DNA of 63,891 nucleotides, filler included, from Reticulomyxa filosa (Eukaryota > Protista > Foraminifera): the NCBI GenBank assembly GCA_000512085.1. It is 24 parts of 24 records of this genome, joined end to end, with 100 filler letters (N's around TTAATTAATTAA, not from the genome) between each part and the next. Parts side by side here need not be neighbours in the genome. Positions count along the whole stretch, not along the records: positions 1 to 5,447 come from ASPP01019409.1; positions 5,548 to 8,250 come from ASPP01003707.1; positions 8,351 to 13,819 come from ASPP01002581.1; 21 more parts are not named here. The stretch is one strand, 5' to 3'. Numbering within the stretch: position 1 is the first letter of the stretch; the number at the start of each line of letters is the position of its first letter. Below are positions 1-12,671 of the stretch, in pieces. Made by a program: the position numbers and the translations under genes. Under the pieces are notes generated by a model that ran no database searches, was not told the DNA's origin, and was given only the letters and a program-made list of their open reading frames with translations.

Positions 1-1055
1 TGGTCAAGAAAGGTGATTTTTTTTTTTTTGACTAAGTAAACAAGATGTTGAACCTTTTCAAAAAAGATACCTGTATATAACTCTAATCACTTGCAAATGC
101 ATTTGTTATCTCCTTACACGTTCCAGCAGGACTACCATTTAAGGCCGTTTTTTTGTGAAGGGTATATATATATCCAATCGCCGAGTAAGTGTAATGTTGT
201 TGAAGCGATATGCACATATCAAGAAAATGAGGACTGTTTGCCAAATGAGTTGATTCACTCGCACACTCAAGTCTCAGTCCGCCCTTTATGTTAAAAAAAA
301 AACATTTGTGCATACCTCGAGTTATTGTGAAGTGACCATTGAAATGGAATTGTTCCAAGGATAGTATTGATATAAACTCTTTAATAACAAAATATGTGTA
401 TGCATACCATAGGGTCACTGACATTCATTTCAGTGATAATACCAAATTGCCCCATTCGCTCAAACTCTTTCAGATCAATGCCTGAGCTTGCTTATTGACA
501 ATCTCAATTATTTGGGAAGAAAAGTGTATTCAGTGTTTTCATTGTCAGTGTATCCATTTGCGCAAGAAGAGTTCATGTTCATGTTTGACAATGTTCTCAA
601 AACGACAGCGCTGACATCAATTTGTTCTTGAAATAAACAGTATCATGACCTTAGTTTTTAAAAATTTTTTTAGTACTACTGAAACTTCGCCTTGTAAATT
701 GTTCAACAACATTTTTATTACAAAATAATGTCTTAAAAAAAGATTATAAAATTTAGTTTAGAAATAATGTATTCTGAAAATATCAACGAAATTTTCTTTC
801 TCTCAAAGGCACAACAAATCGCAGTATTTCGTGTAATTTAAAATTAAGGGGGAAAAACATAACTACAACGTTTTTCACATATTTTTTTTCAATAGCCTAT
901 TGTTTACAGATATAAATTGATATAAACTTTCAGGTGGAACATCAATTCAAAAATAACAAAATCCAATTTGCAAAATTTTTAGTTAAAAAAAACTCTAAAA
1001 TTTTAAACACCCCTACATCTTAATTTTGTCACAGCCGTCAAGTGAAAGTTAAAAC

Positions 1056-4000
1056 ATGGACAAGAGAATAAGAACAAAGAACACTATTGCTTATGCTCGA
1101 AGAGCAAAACAAAAAACAAATGAAAAGGTTCTAGTAAATGAAACTTCAAGACCAAAAGAAAAAACAAAGAAATAAATGAAAAAATTTATACAAACAAAAC
1201 TTTAGAAGCAAAAAAAGATAATGAAAATGAAGAGCTGAATACAACGAAAGAAAAATTAAAGCAGCATTACCAACCACAAGACAAGTTGGCTCCATTATTC
1301 GATGATCCTGAACAATCCATTGATACTTGCTACATTCAATTGGCTCTTTTGACTCAACAACAAAAAGATAAACTAATCAACAATCAAGAAAAACAAAAAA
1401 GTGAAGAAAATGGAAAATATAAAGGTTATAAAGAAGAAAATGGAAAATGGAAAAATTCATTAAATTATTCATTAATTTGTGGAAATCAAACTGAAAATAT
1501 CGAATTGCAAGTCAATCAAAAGTACACCATATTAATATTTGAGGAGAAGAAGGGAGTGGAAAAAGTGTATTGTTTCAAAGGATTGCATACTTATGGAGAA
1601 ATCAAAATTGTATGAGATATTGTTAAAAAGCTATATGAAATGAAATTGGATGAAGTCAAATGGATTGAATAGCAAATTAAATGAAAACAAGATATTTAAT
1701 ATGTTTGAAATGGAAATGGATTATTTATCTCAAATTGGGTGGGAAGGATTAAAATGTGGACAACCAATCATTTCTTGTGAAACCCAACAAAGAATATTAA
1801 ATATGATAAAAATATATCAGTAATATTTCAATGATTTCGAATCAATTCATTTGGATTTCTTTAAATATTTGATTGATTGATTATCCGATGAAAAAGGAGA
1901 CAATGACGTTCGTATAAATGTGCAGAATTAATTAGAAAATCTCAATGAAATGGAATGAAAACAATTGGTTCTGCTTTCAATTTTTTAATAGATATATTCA
2001 ATGACATAGATTACTCTTATAGTACGTTTTGCGATGTACGTAATGTAATTGCAGCATTACAGTGAAATTTCCTGAAAGACAATTCGATAATGCTTTTAAT
2101 TATTTAATTAGTGGATTAAATTGTAAAAGGATAGATAAATACGCTGATTTACTTAAAACGATTGCACAGAGATTGATGAAAAACAAGTCAACATTGTATT
2201 GGATTACTTTTTGGATAAGTTAAATGATAAAAAGGAACACCAAAATATTCGTATCAACTGCATTCAATTACTTAAAGAAATTTCAAATAAATGCAATGGA
2301 TAACAATTGAATAATGCTTTTAATTCATTAATGGATATACTTACTGGTAAAAATGATAATGCAGATGCGTAAGGAATGTGCAGAATTACTTGGGACAATT
2401 ACACTTTCAAAGAAATAGAATGAAAAACAATTGGATATTACTTTTCAATATTTGGTTGATGGATTTCAAAATATGAATGGATATCATTGTGATACATCTT
2501 GTCGTTTACTTGAAGAAGTTGTAATGAGTTCTGTTTTCACATATTTGATCAATTAATTCAAATATAATAATGAAAAGAATCGTGAATTATACGCAAATTT
2601 TATTGGATATCTTTCAATGAAATTAAACACAAGGTATTTGGATGACGTTTTCGAATGCTTGAATGGATTAAAAAATGAAAATGAATGTATTCGTTATGTA
2701 GAAAATCACTTGAAACAATCTTAACAAAATTGAATGATCAACAATTGGATAGAGTTTTCAGTGCTTTCATGCATAAATTAAAAGATACAAAGAATGGCTT
2801 TCATGTGCAGAAGCACTTGGAATAATTGCAACAAAAACGAATGAGAAACAAATGTAAAAAATTTTCAACTTTTGATGAGTGGGTTAAAAGATAAAGACGT
2901 TTATTGATCATGCGCAAATTCAATTTGGAAAAATTTTAAATAACAGATGGAAAATACAATTAACACTTTGATAAAAGAATTGTTCATGAATCATGTGCAG
3001 AATCACGTGAAATGATTTTAACGAATTTAACTGATAAACTGGAACATTTTGATAAGTGGGTTAAAAGATAGAGATGTTCGTGGAGCCATGTGCAAAATCA
3101 TTTGGAGTAATTTCAAAGAAATTGGATGAAAGACTACTGGAAAATGCAATTAATACTTTGATCGATGGATTAAAAGATGAAGATTGTATGTTCGTAAATC
3201 GTGTGCAGAATTACTTGGAGTAATTTCAACGAATTTTACTGATAAACAAGTAGAAGGAGTTTTAAATGCTTTGCCAAATGGGCAGAATGGAATTACTTTT
3301 GTCATATGAAAAAGCACTTAAAGAAATTTCAACGAAATGCAACGAAAAACAATTGGAGAGGGTTTTCAACGATTTGATATTTGTTTCCAAACATTCGATG
3401 AACACAAACAACAACACAAATAAAGATAAATCATAGATAGAACTACTTGAAAAAATATCAATAAAATTGAGTGACAAACAATTGTATTTATTGATGATAC
3501 ATTTGTTGGAAAGAGCGAAAAAGAAATATGAACGAAGATATGTGGAAACGTGCAACAATTTATGGATTGAAAGAAAATATCCAAATGAAAAATAAAAATA
3601 AATTGATGGGCAAAGCGAATTCAAATAACCGCATTTGGAAAACAGCCAATGACAAGGACATTGAATTATTGATATTTGGTTTGACGACATTCAATCCTTG
3701 CATTCAATTGAGCTGTGATGATAATAATGCTAATTTCGATGCTTTACATGAGTTAATTAGATATTGTAATAAACAAGCCATTAGATGGAAATTTCCAACT
3801 CATCAATCAAAATGGGCTAATGATAATAATTGCAATGATATTCCATATCCTTGTTTGAATAATGAAATTGAAGAAGTTTCTAACAATGAGAATATATATA
3901 TATATATATAAAGAATGTTACACTATTGTCCATGAAGCAGCAAGATCAGAAGATTTGTCAAAATTCAAATTAATATTGCAAAATTATCCTAAAATTGATA

Positions 4001-4550
4001 TAAATGATTCATGTAATGAACATCGACAAACTCCATTGCATTTGACAATTAATCATCAATATTGTGATATTGCTCGTTATTGCATTGAACAAGGTGTATA
4101 CATTGATATCAAAGAAGGTGCTGTCAACTCTCTCATCTTAAGAACCCTTTTGAAAGTATAATGGAATATATTATGAAACATAAAAAGAACAAGAATACTA
4201 AAGAATATTTAGATGCAATGGAGATTTGTAAATGGATATTAAAACAAAGGACAATGTATCCAATGAAAAGAATTGAATATGCGATTGATTATGTAAAGGA
4301 TAAATTGATTGATAAAGATGGGGTAATCAGGAATAATGATGAGGAGAGTTATGAAACATTATTAAAGGAAGGTGCAACACCCTTGTTGGGAGTGGTCAGA
4401 AACAATTAAAAGAAACATTAATCAACAATAATTTATTATATTGGCCCGTGGTCGAAATGTCATATCCATCAATGTAGAAAACTCAATTGAAAAAATAATA
4501 AAGGATTGGATCTTTCATCATTTTTGACATTTCGAATATTTTTGTCCTTA
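1056..4550 (+). pseudogene. Decayed NACHT/STAND NTPase - HEAT repeat - ankyrin (NLR-like) gene
   Basis: Pre-NACHT segment LKQHYQPQDKLAPLFDDPEQSIDTCYIQLALL. Walker A GEEGSGKS at 1543-1566 in a shifted frame, preceded by an in-frame TGA. Most of the NACHT core, including Walker B, is missing. HEAT-like repeats (LKDxDxxVRxSCAxxLGxIS) lie at about 1900-3360 and ankyrin repeats (IVHEAA; RQTPLHLTI) at 3910-4140. Many stops and frameshifts. Confidence 0.8.
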
Positions 4551-5199
4551 TTTGTTTTTTCTGTTTAGTCTCATTGTGTGATTGTTGTTATCACTGTAGT
4601 CAAATGTGTGCATTCTAATTGTTGCTGTTTTTCAATATAGTTATATTTTTGATATCTTCTTTCATCCTTTGTTATTATCAATGTCTGAACCAGTTGATTG
4701 AAGCAAGTAACTCAAATAAGGTTGAATAAATTGTTTCTTTTCTGCAGTCTAAAACATCTTATCTCCAAGTGTTTCTTAATTTTTCTATCTCACTAAACTT
4801 GTGCGATGAATAATGTTACTTGAAAAATTCTTTTCTTTTTAAAAATGATCAAAAAAGTGAAAAGATAGCGGAATATGAAATATTTTTTAATGTGATCCAA
4901 CTGATCGAGAAGCATTGGGAACAAAAAAATAAACAAATGAGACTCACAATAAGTTAACATATTTCAAACAACGTATACAAAAATGACACATACTTATCAT
5001 CAACAAACGCACGTCTCTCTGAATTTGAAGATGAGCAAAATAAAAGAAAGAAAAAATTTTTATTTGATAAAATGATCTTATTTTTTTTCATAATTTGTTG
5101 AGGTTGAGATTTTCATTTTCCGTCGTGGCAACACTGTTCCTGCCATTTTCCTTTTCTTTATCTGGGAAAACATAGAATATAGTCATATTCGCTATGCTA

Positions 5200-5447
5200 T
5201 TCTCACTCTTTTGGTCTTGATTTCAGATTTTTCCAGTCCTCGTTGTTGTTCATATCTAATTCTTTTTGTCGCTGTCATCTTCGTCGATGAACTTTTTCCA
5301 ATCAATTTTCAGAGGTCTTTTTTTTTTTTTGGTTCCATTTTTTTTTTTAAAGAACGGAAAGACGCAATATTGTATTATATGTAGACGCCAACAAAAAAAA
5401 AACTTTATGCTTTTTCTTGTCTTCTTCTGCCAACAAATGGGGCCACC
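5200..5447 (-). CDS. p23/CS-domain Hsp90 co-chaperone-like protein, 3' fragment
   Basis: Minus strand reads WPHLLAEEDKKKHK-[GT..AG intron]-LKIDWKKFIDEDDSD, matching the p23/Sba1 signature WPRLxK...KxDFDKWVDED. Truncated by the spacer. Apparent 1-nt frameshift at about 5265. Confidence 0.55.
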
Positions 5448-5547
5448 NNNNNNNNNNNNNNNNNNNNNNNNNNNNNNNNNNNNNNNNNNNNTTAATTAAT
5501 TAANNNNNNNNNNNNNNNNNNNNNNNNNNNNNNNNNNNNNNNNNNNN
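5448..5547. other. Artificial contig-joining spacer (N44-TTAATTAATTAA-N44), first of 23
   Basis: Identical 100-bp spacers with stops in all six frames start at 5448, 8251, 13820, 15070, 16175, 17298, 19525, 32700, 34354, 38411, 41962, 43535, 44935, 46185, 48968, 50127, 51903, 53003, 54741, 57339, 59366, 60498 and 62488. Confidence 0.99.
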
Positions 5548-6071
5548 ATTGCTTGACGTTAGCGGACCAACTCGTATTTTTGCGTTTGAAACCGATGCAA
5601 CACACTCCAATTTTTTGGGAGATTTAAATCATCGACTGACTCCAGTCTTTGCATCCATGGACCAATTTGGATTCACTTCCTCACTCAATCGCGCTTTGGT
5701 ACATGTAAAAACTGCTATCTATCACTTATCATGCAATTGGAAGGTCCTGCCAAGTGAAATTTGACCGGTTCTTAGAGCAATCACAATTTGATGAAAAACG
5801 TAATGCAGTGCAAGAGTTAATTGAAAAGTCTTTAACTGCCAGTGATCAGGTGCAAAAGGAAGATATGATCCTCTGTGATGGAGTACAAAAAGGTATTGAG
5901 TCTTCGGCTTATAAGCGATTTCGTAGTCGATATGCACCACAAATTGAAAGTCCTTTGTTCCAATTCAATCGAATTTTCCAAACACATTGGATTACATTTT
6001 TGAAAGTTTTGTCGATTAAATCTTTTTTTATTTCTAAACTTGGTATTTGCAACCACATTTTTTTATGCTAA
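5548..6071 (+). pseudogene. Choline monooxygenase-like Rieske oxygenase (catalytic-domain fragment) with an internal deletion
   Basis: ...YHLSCNWKV is joined directly to GPAK/VKFDRFLE and then SDQVQKEDMILCDGVQKGIESSAY...RYAPQIESPLFQF, which is CMO C-terminal consensus. The NYLDGGYHV..AH iron-ligand region is absent. Confidence 0.72.
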
Positions 6072-7419
6072 ATTTTCAAATTAATATTGGACCAAGACAA
6101 TATATTTTTTATAAACTTTTCTTTTTATTGCTCATATATTTGTCAATTGTTTTGGGTGCTGAGCTAAGTCAGTATGTATTTAATTTTTTCGATATTGACT
6201 TTTAATCTCATTCTATTTTATAAGTTATTTTTCTTGACAACATGTTGTAAATTTGAGAAACATTTACCAAATTATTCTTTGTGTTGTTTTTTTTAAATTA
6301 TTAAAAGATCACTCAAAATGTAGCATTTATATCTTTCATTAAATAGAACCAATAAATACGATTCAATTCAATTTTTCATGAACCCTTTGTTGATCTTAAC
6401 AAAGTTGAAGCATCATCCAAGAGAGAAAAATAAAAGAATGAACATAAGCTTATCAATTAATATGTCTTTGTAAAATTCTAAAAAAGCAAAATAACTTTAC
6501 ATAATCTCATTGGGCTGAGATTATACAGATGAGAGTATATCTCAACAATAGAAATGAGATGTAATGTCGAAAACTAAATTATTTCATCTAGAAAGTGATT
6601 TGACCAAAAAGCAAATAAATTGTGATCTATGTTATGTGGACAGTTCAGCTGTTTTGTTTTGACTGTTACTTTATTGTGGCTTTGAAACATTTCTTTCAAT
6701 TAGACTTGCGCATAAAGATATAATTAATTCTGTATCATCAAATGTATCTACTTTAGGTGTTTCAAATATTATTTTGAATCCCTATGACTTATAAAAGAGA
6801 TTATAAAAAAATCATAAATCTGAGATAATTTATTGATAATTTCGCTTGTTATTAGAACAATTATTTATACAACTGCTAATTGTTCCTTTCCATAAAACTC
6901 TATGTTTGTCATCAGAACATAACGATTGTATTACATCAGACAAGAGTGTCACTTTCGCACGTGATTTGTGTGTACAGGGCCAACACAGTAATTATTATTT
7001 AAAAAAAAGAGGAAGTTGTCTGAAATAAAAATAACACAGCACGCGAAACTGAGCCATTAAAAATCATCGACAAAAACGCTTAAGAAAAAAATACAAGACC
7101 AAACAACATACAACTTTGGATAGCAGCCAAATGATCGAGACGTTTCTTAAAAGAAAGATACAAACGATATTTGGCTGGTTAATTGACAATCATCTGGCAA
7201 TCAACACCGTTGTCTGAACAGACGTTAGCAATAACATAGGATAGTTAACATTGCAAAAAAAAAAAAAAAGATACGGACAACAACAAGGATGGAGAGTACA
7301 TGTATTATTTTTTATCTCGTGTCTATTTTTTTCTTTTTTGCCTAGTTCTTGCATTGGCACTCCATCCACTATCTAACCACTGAATGTAAGGGAATCGCAC
7401 GTGCAACACAAATGTCTCA

Positions 7420-8250
7420 AATTATTTCCATACACAAAGACAACCATTTTCGACGCCTTTCAGGAGCAAGACTCGTTTCCGAAGGTTTGATTTGAGAGTA
7501 TGGGATTAGCGCGGCTCAGCAGCAGCAGAGTCGACTTTTTCTTCGGTTTGTGACAAAGTGACAATGGGAAGTTGTCGGTCATTCAATTTCGGTGGATTGT
7601 AGCCGACAGAAGATGACGAGGAATGAATCCCTACCATTTTTGTGGATAACGATTCTTCGTCATTCGAAAGCACGGGTCCACCTTAAGAAAAAGCAAGTTA
7701 CACAAAAGACGTAATTGGCCGTCGACAAAGAATATATATACATATATATTATCTTTCAAACATAAAACATTACAAACAACGTTCTACCGACCATGGAAGC
7801 TAAAAATCTTGTTCATTTCCGAGGGCCCAGTTTCGACAGGATTCAAATGAGAGTGAGGATTTTCGTCACTGAGAGACCCCCCCGACGATCGCGCCACAAT
7901 GCAAGACAGTGAACAGCAATTGCACTTGGTTGGTGTGGAATGTGATGCCGTTCATGAACGAGTCGCAACAGGATACGACGGTGATGCCGCTCCTAAGTGA
8001 GATCAACTGTAAGCCGACGGTTAGGTCCACCGCCTTGCTGCTCTTCGATAGGAAGTGGTTTGTGATCTGCTGCCAATATCACAAAGCCAAAGCTCAGAAA
8101 GCAGCAATCCGCCAAACACGCCCGTGTGATGTTGGCTAATATCTGGAGATGGCAGCTCTTTTTTTGCGGCGCAGTAGCCAAGTCGGCTTATCGACCACTT
8201 TGATTTTTTTAGGAGCGTCGTACGCCAACTGGAGCTTTACTTCCGCTTTT
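7420..8250 (-). pseudogene. Unidentified GC-richer coding-like remnant with a probable intron
   Basis: GC content is elevated against the flanks. Protein-like stretches (LSDENPHSHLNPVETGPSEMNK; GPVLSNDEESLSTKMVG) are interrupted by stops and frameshifts. A (TA)-rich intron-like segment lies at about 7685-7790. No recognisable domain. Confidence 0.25.
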
Positions 8251-9612
8251 NNNNNNNNNNNNNNNNNNNNNNNNNNNNNNNNNNNNNNNNNNNNTTAATT
8301 AATTAANNNNNNNNNNNNNNNNNNNNNNNNNNNNNNNNNNNNNNNNNNNNGATGGAATAAAACTCATTTGAGTATTGTTGATTATATATAAGTTAATTAT
8401 TTCTAATGTGATATCCCACATCATGGGATAATGAATTCGTTTTTGGGATTTTCGATCAAATAAAGAATCTAATCGTGGCTGATCAAATTATCACAATAAA
8501 ATTTGTTGAATACATTATCTTTTTTTAACAAGATAAATGTTTTCTTTTCAAATTTATTTTTAACAAATGTATCTTAATCAAGCAGTCAAATGCTTTGTCC
8601 AAATTGCAAATGATATAACACGTTGTGTGACGTCTGCTGATAGTATTGGTGCACTAACTGTAATACGAGAGGTGTTTCATAACACGAAAGAAATTTAAAT
8701 AATAAAACAAGATAACAAAAGAAAAGTAAAGAAAAGCAAGAAAGTAAGAAGTAAGTTTGTTGAGGAAGTTTAACATACTGGGGATTCCTCCGTTCCCTTG
8801 AGATTCAGACACTCGTAATAGGGACTTACCCTACAACATTTTGAGCCTCGAATTTTCACAGCTTCTCCATTGCTATAAATTCTTTATTTGATAACAAAAA
8901 TTTCAATATTTCTTTAGATAAAATATAGTGATTTTGAGAACACAGTATTTATGTTAAATGTAATTTTGAATATGTTGAATTTTCAGATTCATTTCAACAG
9001 TATCTGTGTATTTTTGATTATTTGTGATATCTTCGTAGAATTTTTGAAGTTGTTGCCTGTTTATGTCATTATACATTTCACTGCAACAGAAACATCATTT
9101 CATTTATCAATACAATTTGACAAATTTATATATGGACAGTACAAGGAATATAGTACTTACGTTACTCTCTGGCTCAATTAAGAGCTCCTCCAAAAATACT
9201 TTTTGGAATCACAATAATCGCCTTGTGACATGATTTCATAAGAAAACATAAATTCTCACAATCTTGGAAGTATTATCACTTATAAAGATATTTTAACAAG
9301 TACTTTTTTTTAATTTGTACAAGGAAGATGGGTTACTTTTGCTTTCAATCTTTTTGGATTGTTCAATGAATTCAATAGTTTTTTTGTTGGTATTCCAAAA
9401 CTGTTCAACGCTTTGTGAATAATTTCGTTTCCTCATTCCATTTCAAATGCATACTCTTATCTCAACAAATTCGCGCATTTAAGCTTGTGCAAAAACTCAT
9501 TTCTCTAAAAAAAGGTAAAAAGTCTAGTCGTACTCAAGTAAGGGGAGTTAATATAAGCCTTAGCTCTTTTTCATTTTTTCCTAGTTAGCTCTTGAAAGTG
9601 TTCAACAGTAAA

Positions 9613-10673
9613 ATGCACGATACCAAGACAAAACCAACAAGAAATCAAAGTATACTATTATATTTTGTTGGAGTTTCTTGTGTGCTGCTGTTTGTAACAA
9701 ACGTGCTTGCGGTCACCCTTTTCGTTTCCTCAAAAGACAGTTTGAAGCAGAATGTCTTTGTGATTGAGGGTGTGATTGCAGGGATGTACAAGAGACAAAA
9801 GAGCTGGGAGTACGAAAAATACTTTGACATTACAACGAACTTTATATCACCCGACCCAAGTGATGGCAGACCTCGTGTTTCCTTTCCGGGGGCAACGATA
9901 CTGCCATCGTTGGATGAAAGAGTTGAACTTGGATATTTGCTCTTGGATGAGAATAAGACTGTTGGCATCGAAGTTGGGGTGCAAAGAGGTGCTATTCAAA
10001 ATTCTTTTTTTTTTTAATGGATAACAAAACGAAACAAAAGAGGAGGGAGGAGAGATCCGAAAAAACGACCCAAAAGAAAGGGGATTATAAAAAAAATAAT
10101 ACGTATACAATTTTAAATTAAAAAAAAAAAGGCGATTTTTCTAATGAAATACTTAAAAGATGGACAACTTGTCAAAAGTTCATACTAGTTGATCCTTGGG
10201 TGAATCAAAGCAATTGGAAGGATCATGCCAATGTAGATCAAAAATATCAAGACGATAATTTTGAGGCGACAAAGGGGCTTCTCAAACAGTTTGAGTCTCG
10301 CTCCCCTGTTCCCGTGGAACTGGTATTTCATCGAAAATTTTCGAAGGACGCAGCGCCATTAATCCCTAATGAAAGTGTCGATTTTATATACCTTGATGCC
10401 AGACACGACTATTCCAGCATTGTGGAAGACTTGCATTTATACTGGCCCAAACTTAGGGCCAACGGTATCTTCAGTGGACATGACTTTATCAATGCACCAG
10501 AAGCCTACCAAAAATGGGGCCAAGACTGGTGTTTGCAACCTGACGGTACCAACTGTGTTCGAGGCAAAGCTGTTCAAGCTGCAGTTGAGGAATTTGCTCG
10601 TAAAGTTGGCAGGCAGTTCACCATTACTAAGAAAGAAGCTATTTTCGCTTCGACGTGGTACATGAGAAAGTGA
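9613..10673 (+). CDS. Class I SAM-dependent methyltransferase (Methyltransf_24-like) with an N-terminal TM anchor; 2 exons
   Basis: Exons 9613-9988 and 10132-10673 splice to VGIEVGVQRG|DFSNEILKRW...LVDPW (motif I). Also VDFIYLDARHDYSSIVEDLHLYWPKLRANGIFSGHDF. Hydrophobic N-terminal helix. Confidence 0.88.
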
Positions 10674-11039
10674 GATTTGTACGTCTCTCAATGTTCAAAA
10701 AGGTTCATTTTTAAAGCTTTTTGCTTTGTTGTAAAAAAAAGACCTAATTTTACTTTTTCACAACGTGCATTTTTTTTGTTGAGGTACATTTTGTTTGCAA
10801 AAAAATGGCACCCACTTCAAGAGGAAAATTGCCTGCACAATTAAGTTCTTAAGAACTTGAAAGAAAACATCAAAATTTACATGTTTATCCAATTGGATGT
10901 TGCATTCACGTTAAACGCAAAACTAAATGCTTACCCACAATTATCTTAATCTCAATGTGCTAACTTTTATGGTGTTGAAGTACAAATTTAATTAACACAA
11001 AATCATAAATAAAATCAAGTGAACAAATTCACCGAAAAA

Positions 11040-11095
11040 GCACGAGGTGGGACTCAACCCGTCGGAGGCAAAGTGCCAAGGAAATCTCTTTTCCT
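11040..11095 (-). pseudogene. Degenerate type II (Leu/Ser-like) tRNA 3' half
   Basis: Minus strand reads AGGAA-aagagat-TTCCT (anticodon-like stem), GGCA-ctt-TGCC (long variable arm) and GGGTTGAGTCCCAC-CTCGTGC (T-arm lacking C56, plus 3' acceptor strand), then TTTTT. No recognisable 5' half. Confidence 0.35.
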
Positions 11096-12003
11096 CCAAA
11101 CTTTCTTTCACTCTTTCTCTCAGCTTCTTTTTTCTTGTTTTTTGTTTTGCCTATCCGATTTATTTCCGTTTTGAAATTTGCCGAAAGGGTATAACTTTTT
11201 AGAGTATATTTATGCGGCACTAGCCTGCACTATTCTTAAATTGTTTCAGGTATGATTACTATTTGTCTTCTATGATTATAAAAATATATATGAGTTCAAT
11301 GACATATATCAGTAAGCAAAAAAATTTTACAATGAAAATACCATCATATAAGACAGGCAATTCTATGGAAAATTAGATTTCAAAATTTTAAAATTGTCAC
11401 GTGTTTCAGTTTCAAACAGCAATAAATTTTTCTCGTTAATTTTTAAAAGAGGTATGACAAAAAATGAAAAAATTAGTTTCAATTGTATGTTGATATGTGT
11501 TGTCAAAAAAAATAGTTTAATTGAAGTGTAATAAGAGTCCATGCGTTATCGTTCGTGCTCCATCGCTAACAAATTTTGCTCTTATAATTTTATCGTCATT
11601 AAATTGTATCAGTCAACAAATATTTATTAAATTCTTTTGTCAAATTTCATTAACCTTTAGCTATCATGCTGATGTAATTAAGTACAATTTAATTATCAAC
11701 GAATAAATATCAATTCCAATATAAAGTGCTATACTTGAAAATTTGCCAAAATCTAAAGATAAATAGTCTGTTGTTTTTAGAAGGTTCTTAGCTATCCAAC
11801 AAAGCAAATGATAAAAGGTTTAGCAAATTGATTTTAAAGGAGATACTTCATTGAAGAAAAACTTAGTGATAGGCATGATTTTGTTGAATAGATACCCTTA
11901 ATTCACAATCAAAGAAGAAATATCAAACTCTTACTCGTAGAAAACATCACATTTTAATTCTTTATTTTTATTTTATGTTTTGCAACCTTAAAAATGTTTC
12001 AAT

Positions 12004-12671
12004 TTAGTTTGGTGCTCTGTGAGGCCACAACATTACCCTAACTCGTTTCCCAAACGCACGTGTGGGGACATTTGGTTTGAAATTTACTCGCACAGTGCCA
12101 TTATTTCCGTGTGGCCCAGTAATTTTGCCACTGATCACACGCAATTCACGTTTTCCAGTTCTCGAGTCAATTTTTTTTGCTGCTCTGTAGATGTACAACA
12201 CTCGATGTCCCAAATAATATCGTGCATCTTTTCGTGTTTTCACGTTTTCTATTTTCACTAAAGCGCGGTTTGGATGTATGTTCAAACGAGAGCGCCTGTT
12301 GTATTCAAATAGTAGACATATAAGAAGAAAAGAAGCGGTTTAATTTCTTTTTTTGATTTTTTTTTTTTTGCGAAATTACGTCAATTAACACTGAGAAGAA
12401 GCACAGACAAACGTAACCTGTATGATAGCACCACTCCTCGCAAATACAACCTATTTTTAAATGTTAGTCACAACCACATTTTTTATCTTTTAATCTGTTT
12501 TTTTCATTTGATACGCAACTTGACAGGGTCTCTGAAAACTCCCTTCCATGGTTCTTTGCTTCTTTTCTCTCGTCTGGCTTCGACCCATGACTTGAATTGT
12601 TGCTTTCGCGACGGTCGCAAACGTGGTTGGATATTTCGTCTTTGGAGAGCCTTAGGTGCTAATTTCGGCAT
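12004..12671 (-). CDS. RPL35A: 60S ribosomal protein L35a (eL33), 3 exons
   Basis: Spliced product MPKLAP...RDPVK|LYLRGVVLSYR|RSRLNIHPNRALVKIENVKTRKDARYYLGHRVLYIYRA...GKITGPHGNNGTVRVNFKPNVPTRAFGKRVRVMLWP; two GT-AG introns. Confidence 0.95.

Noticed and set aside
83-640. Possible minus-strand gene with very short (~30 nt) introns
   Set aside because: GTATGC...AAAG segments look intron-like, but I could not build a consistent stop-free model or recognise a product.
1540-1542. In-frame TGA before the NACHT Walker A as evidence of stop-codon reassignment
   Set aside because: Intact genes here end with TGA, TAA or TAG normally, and this locus has many other lesions. A CGA-to-TGA mutation is the simpler explanation.
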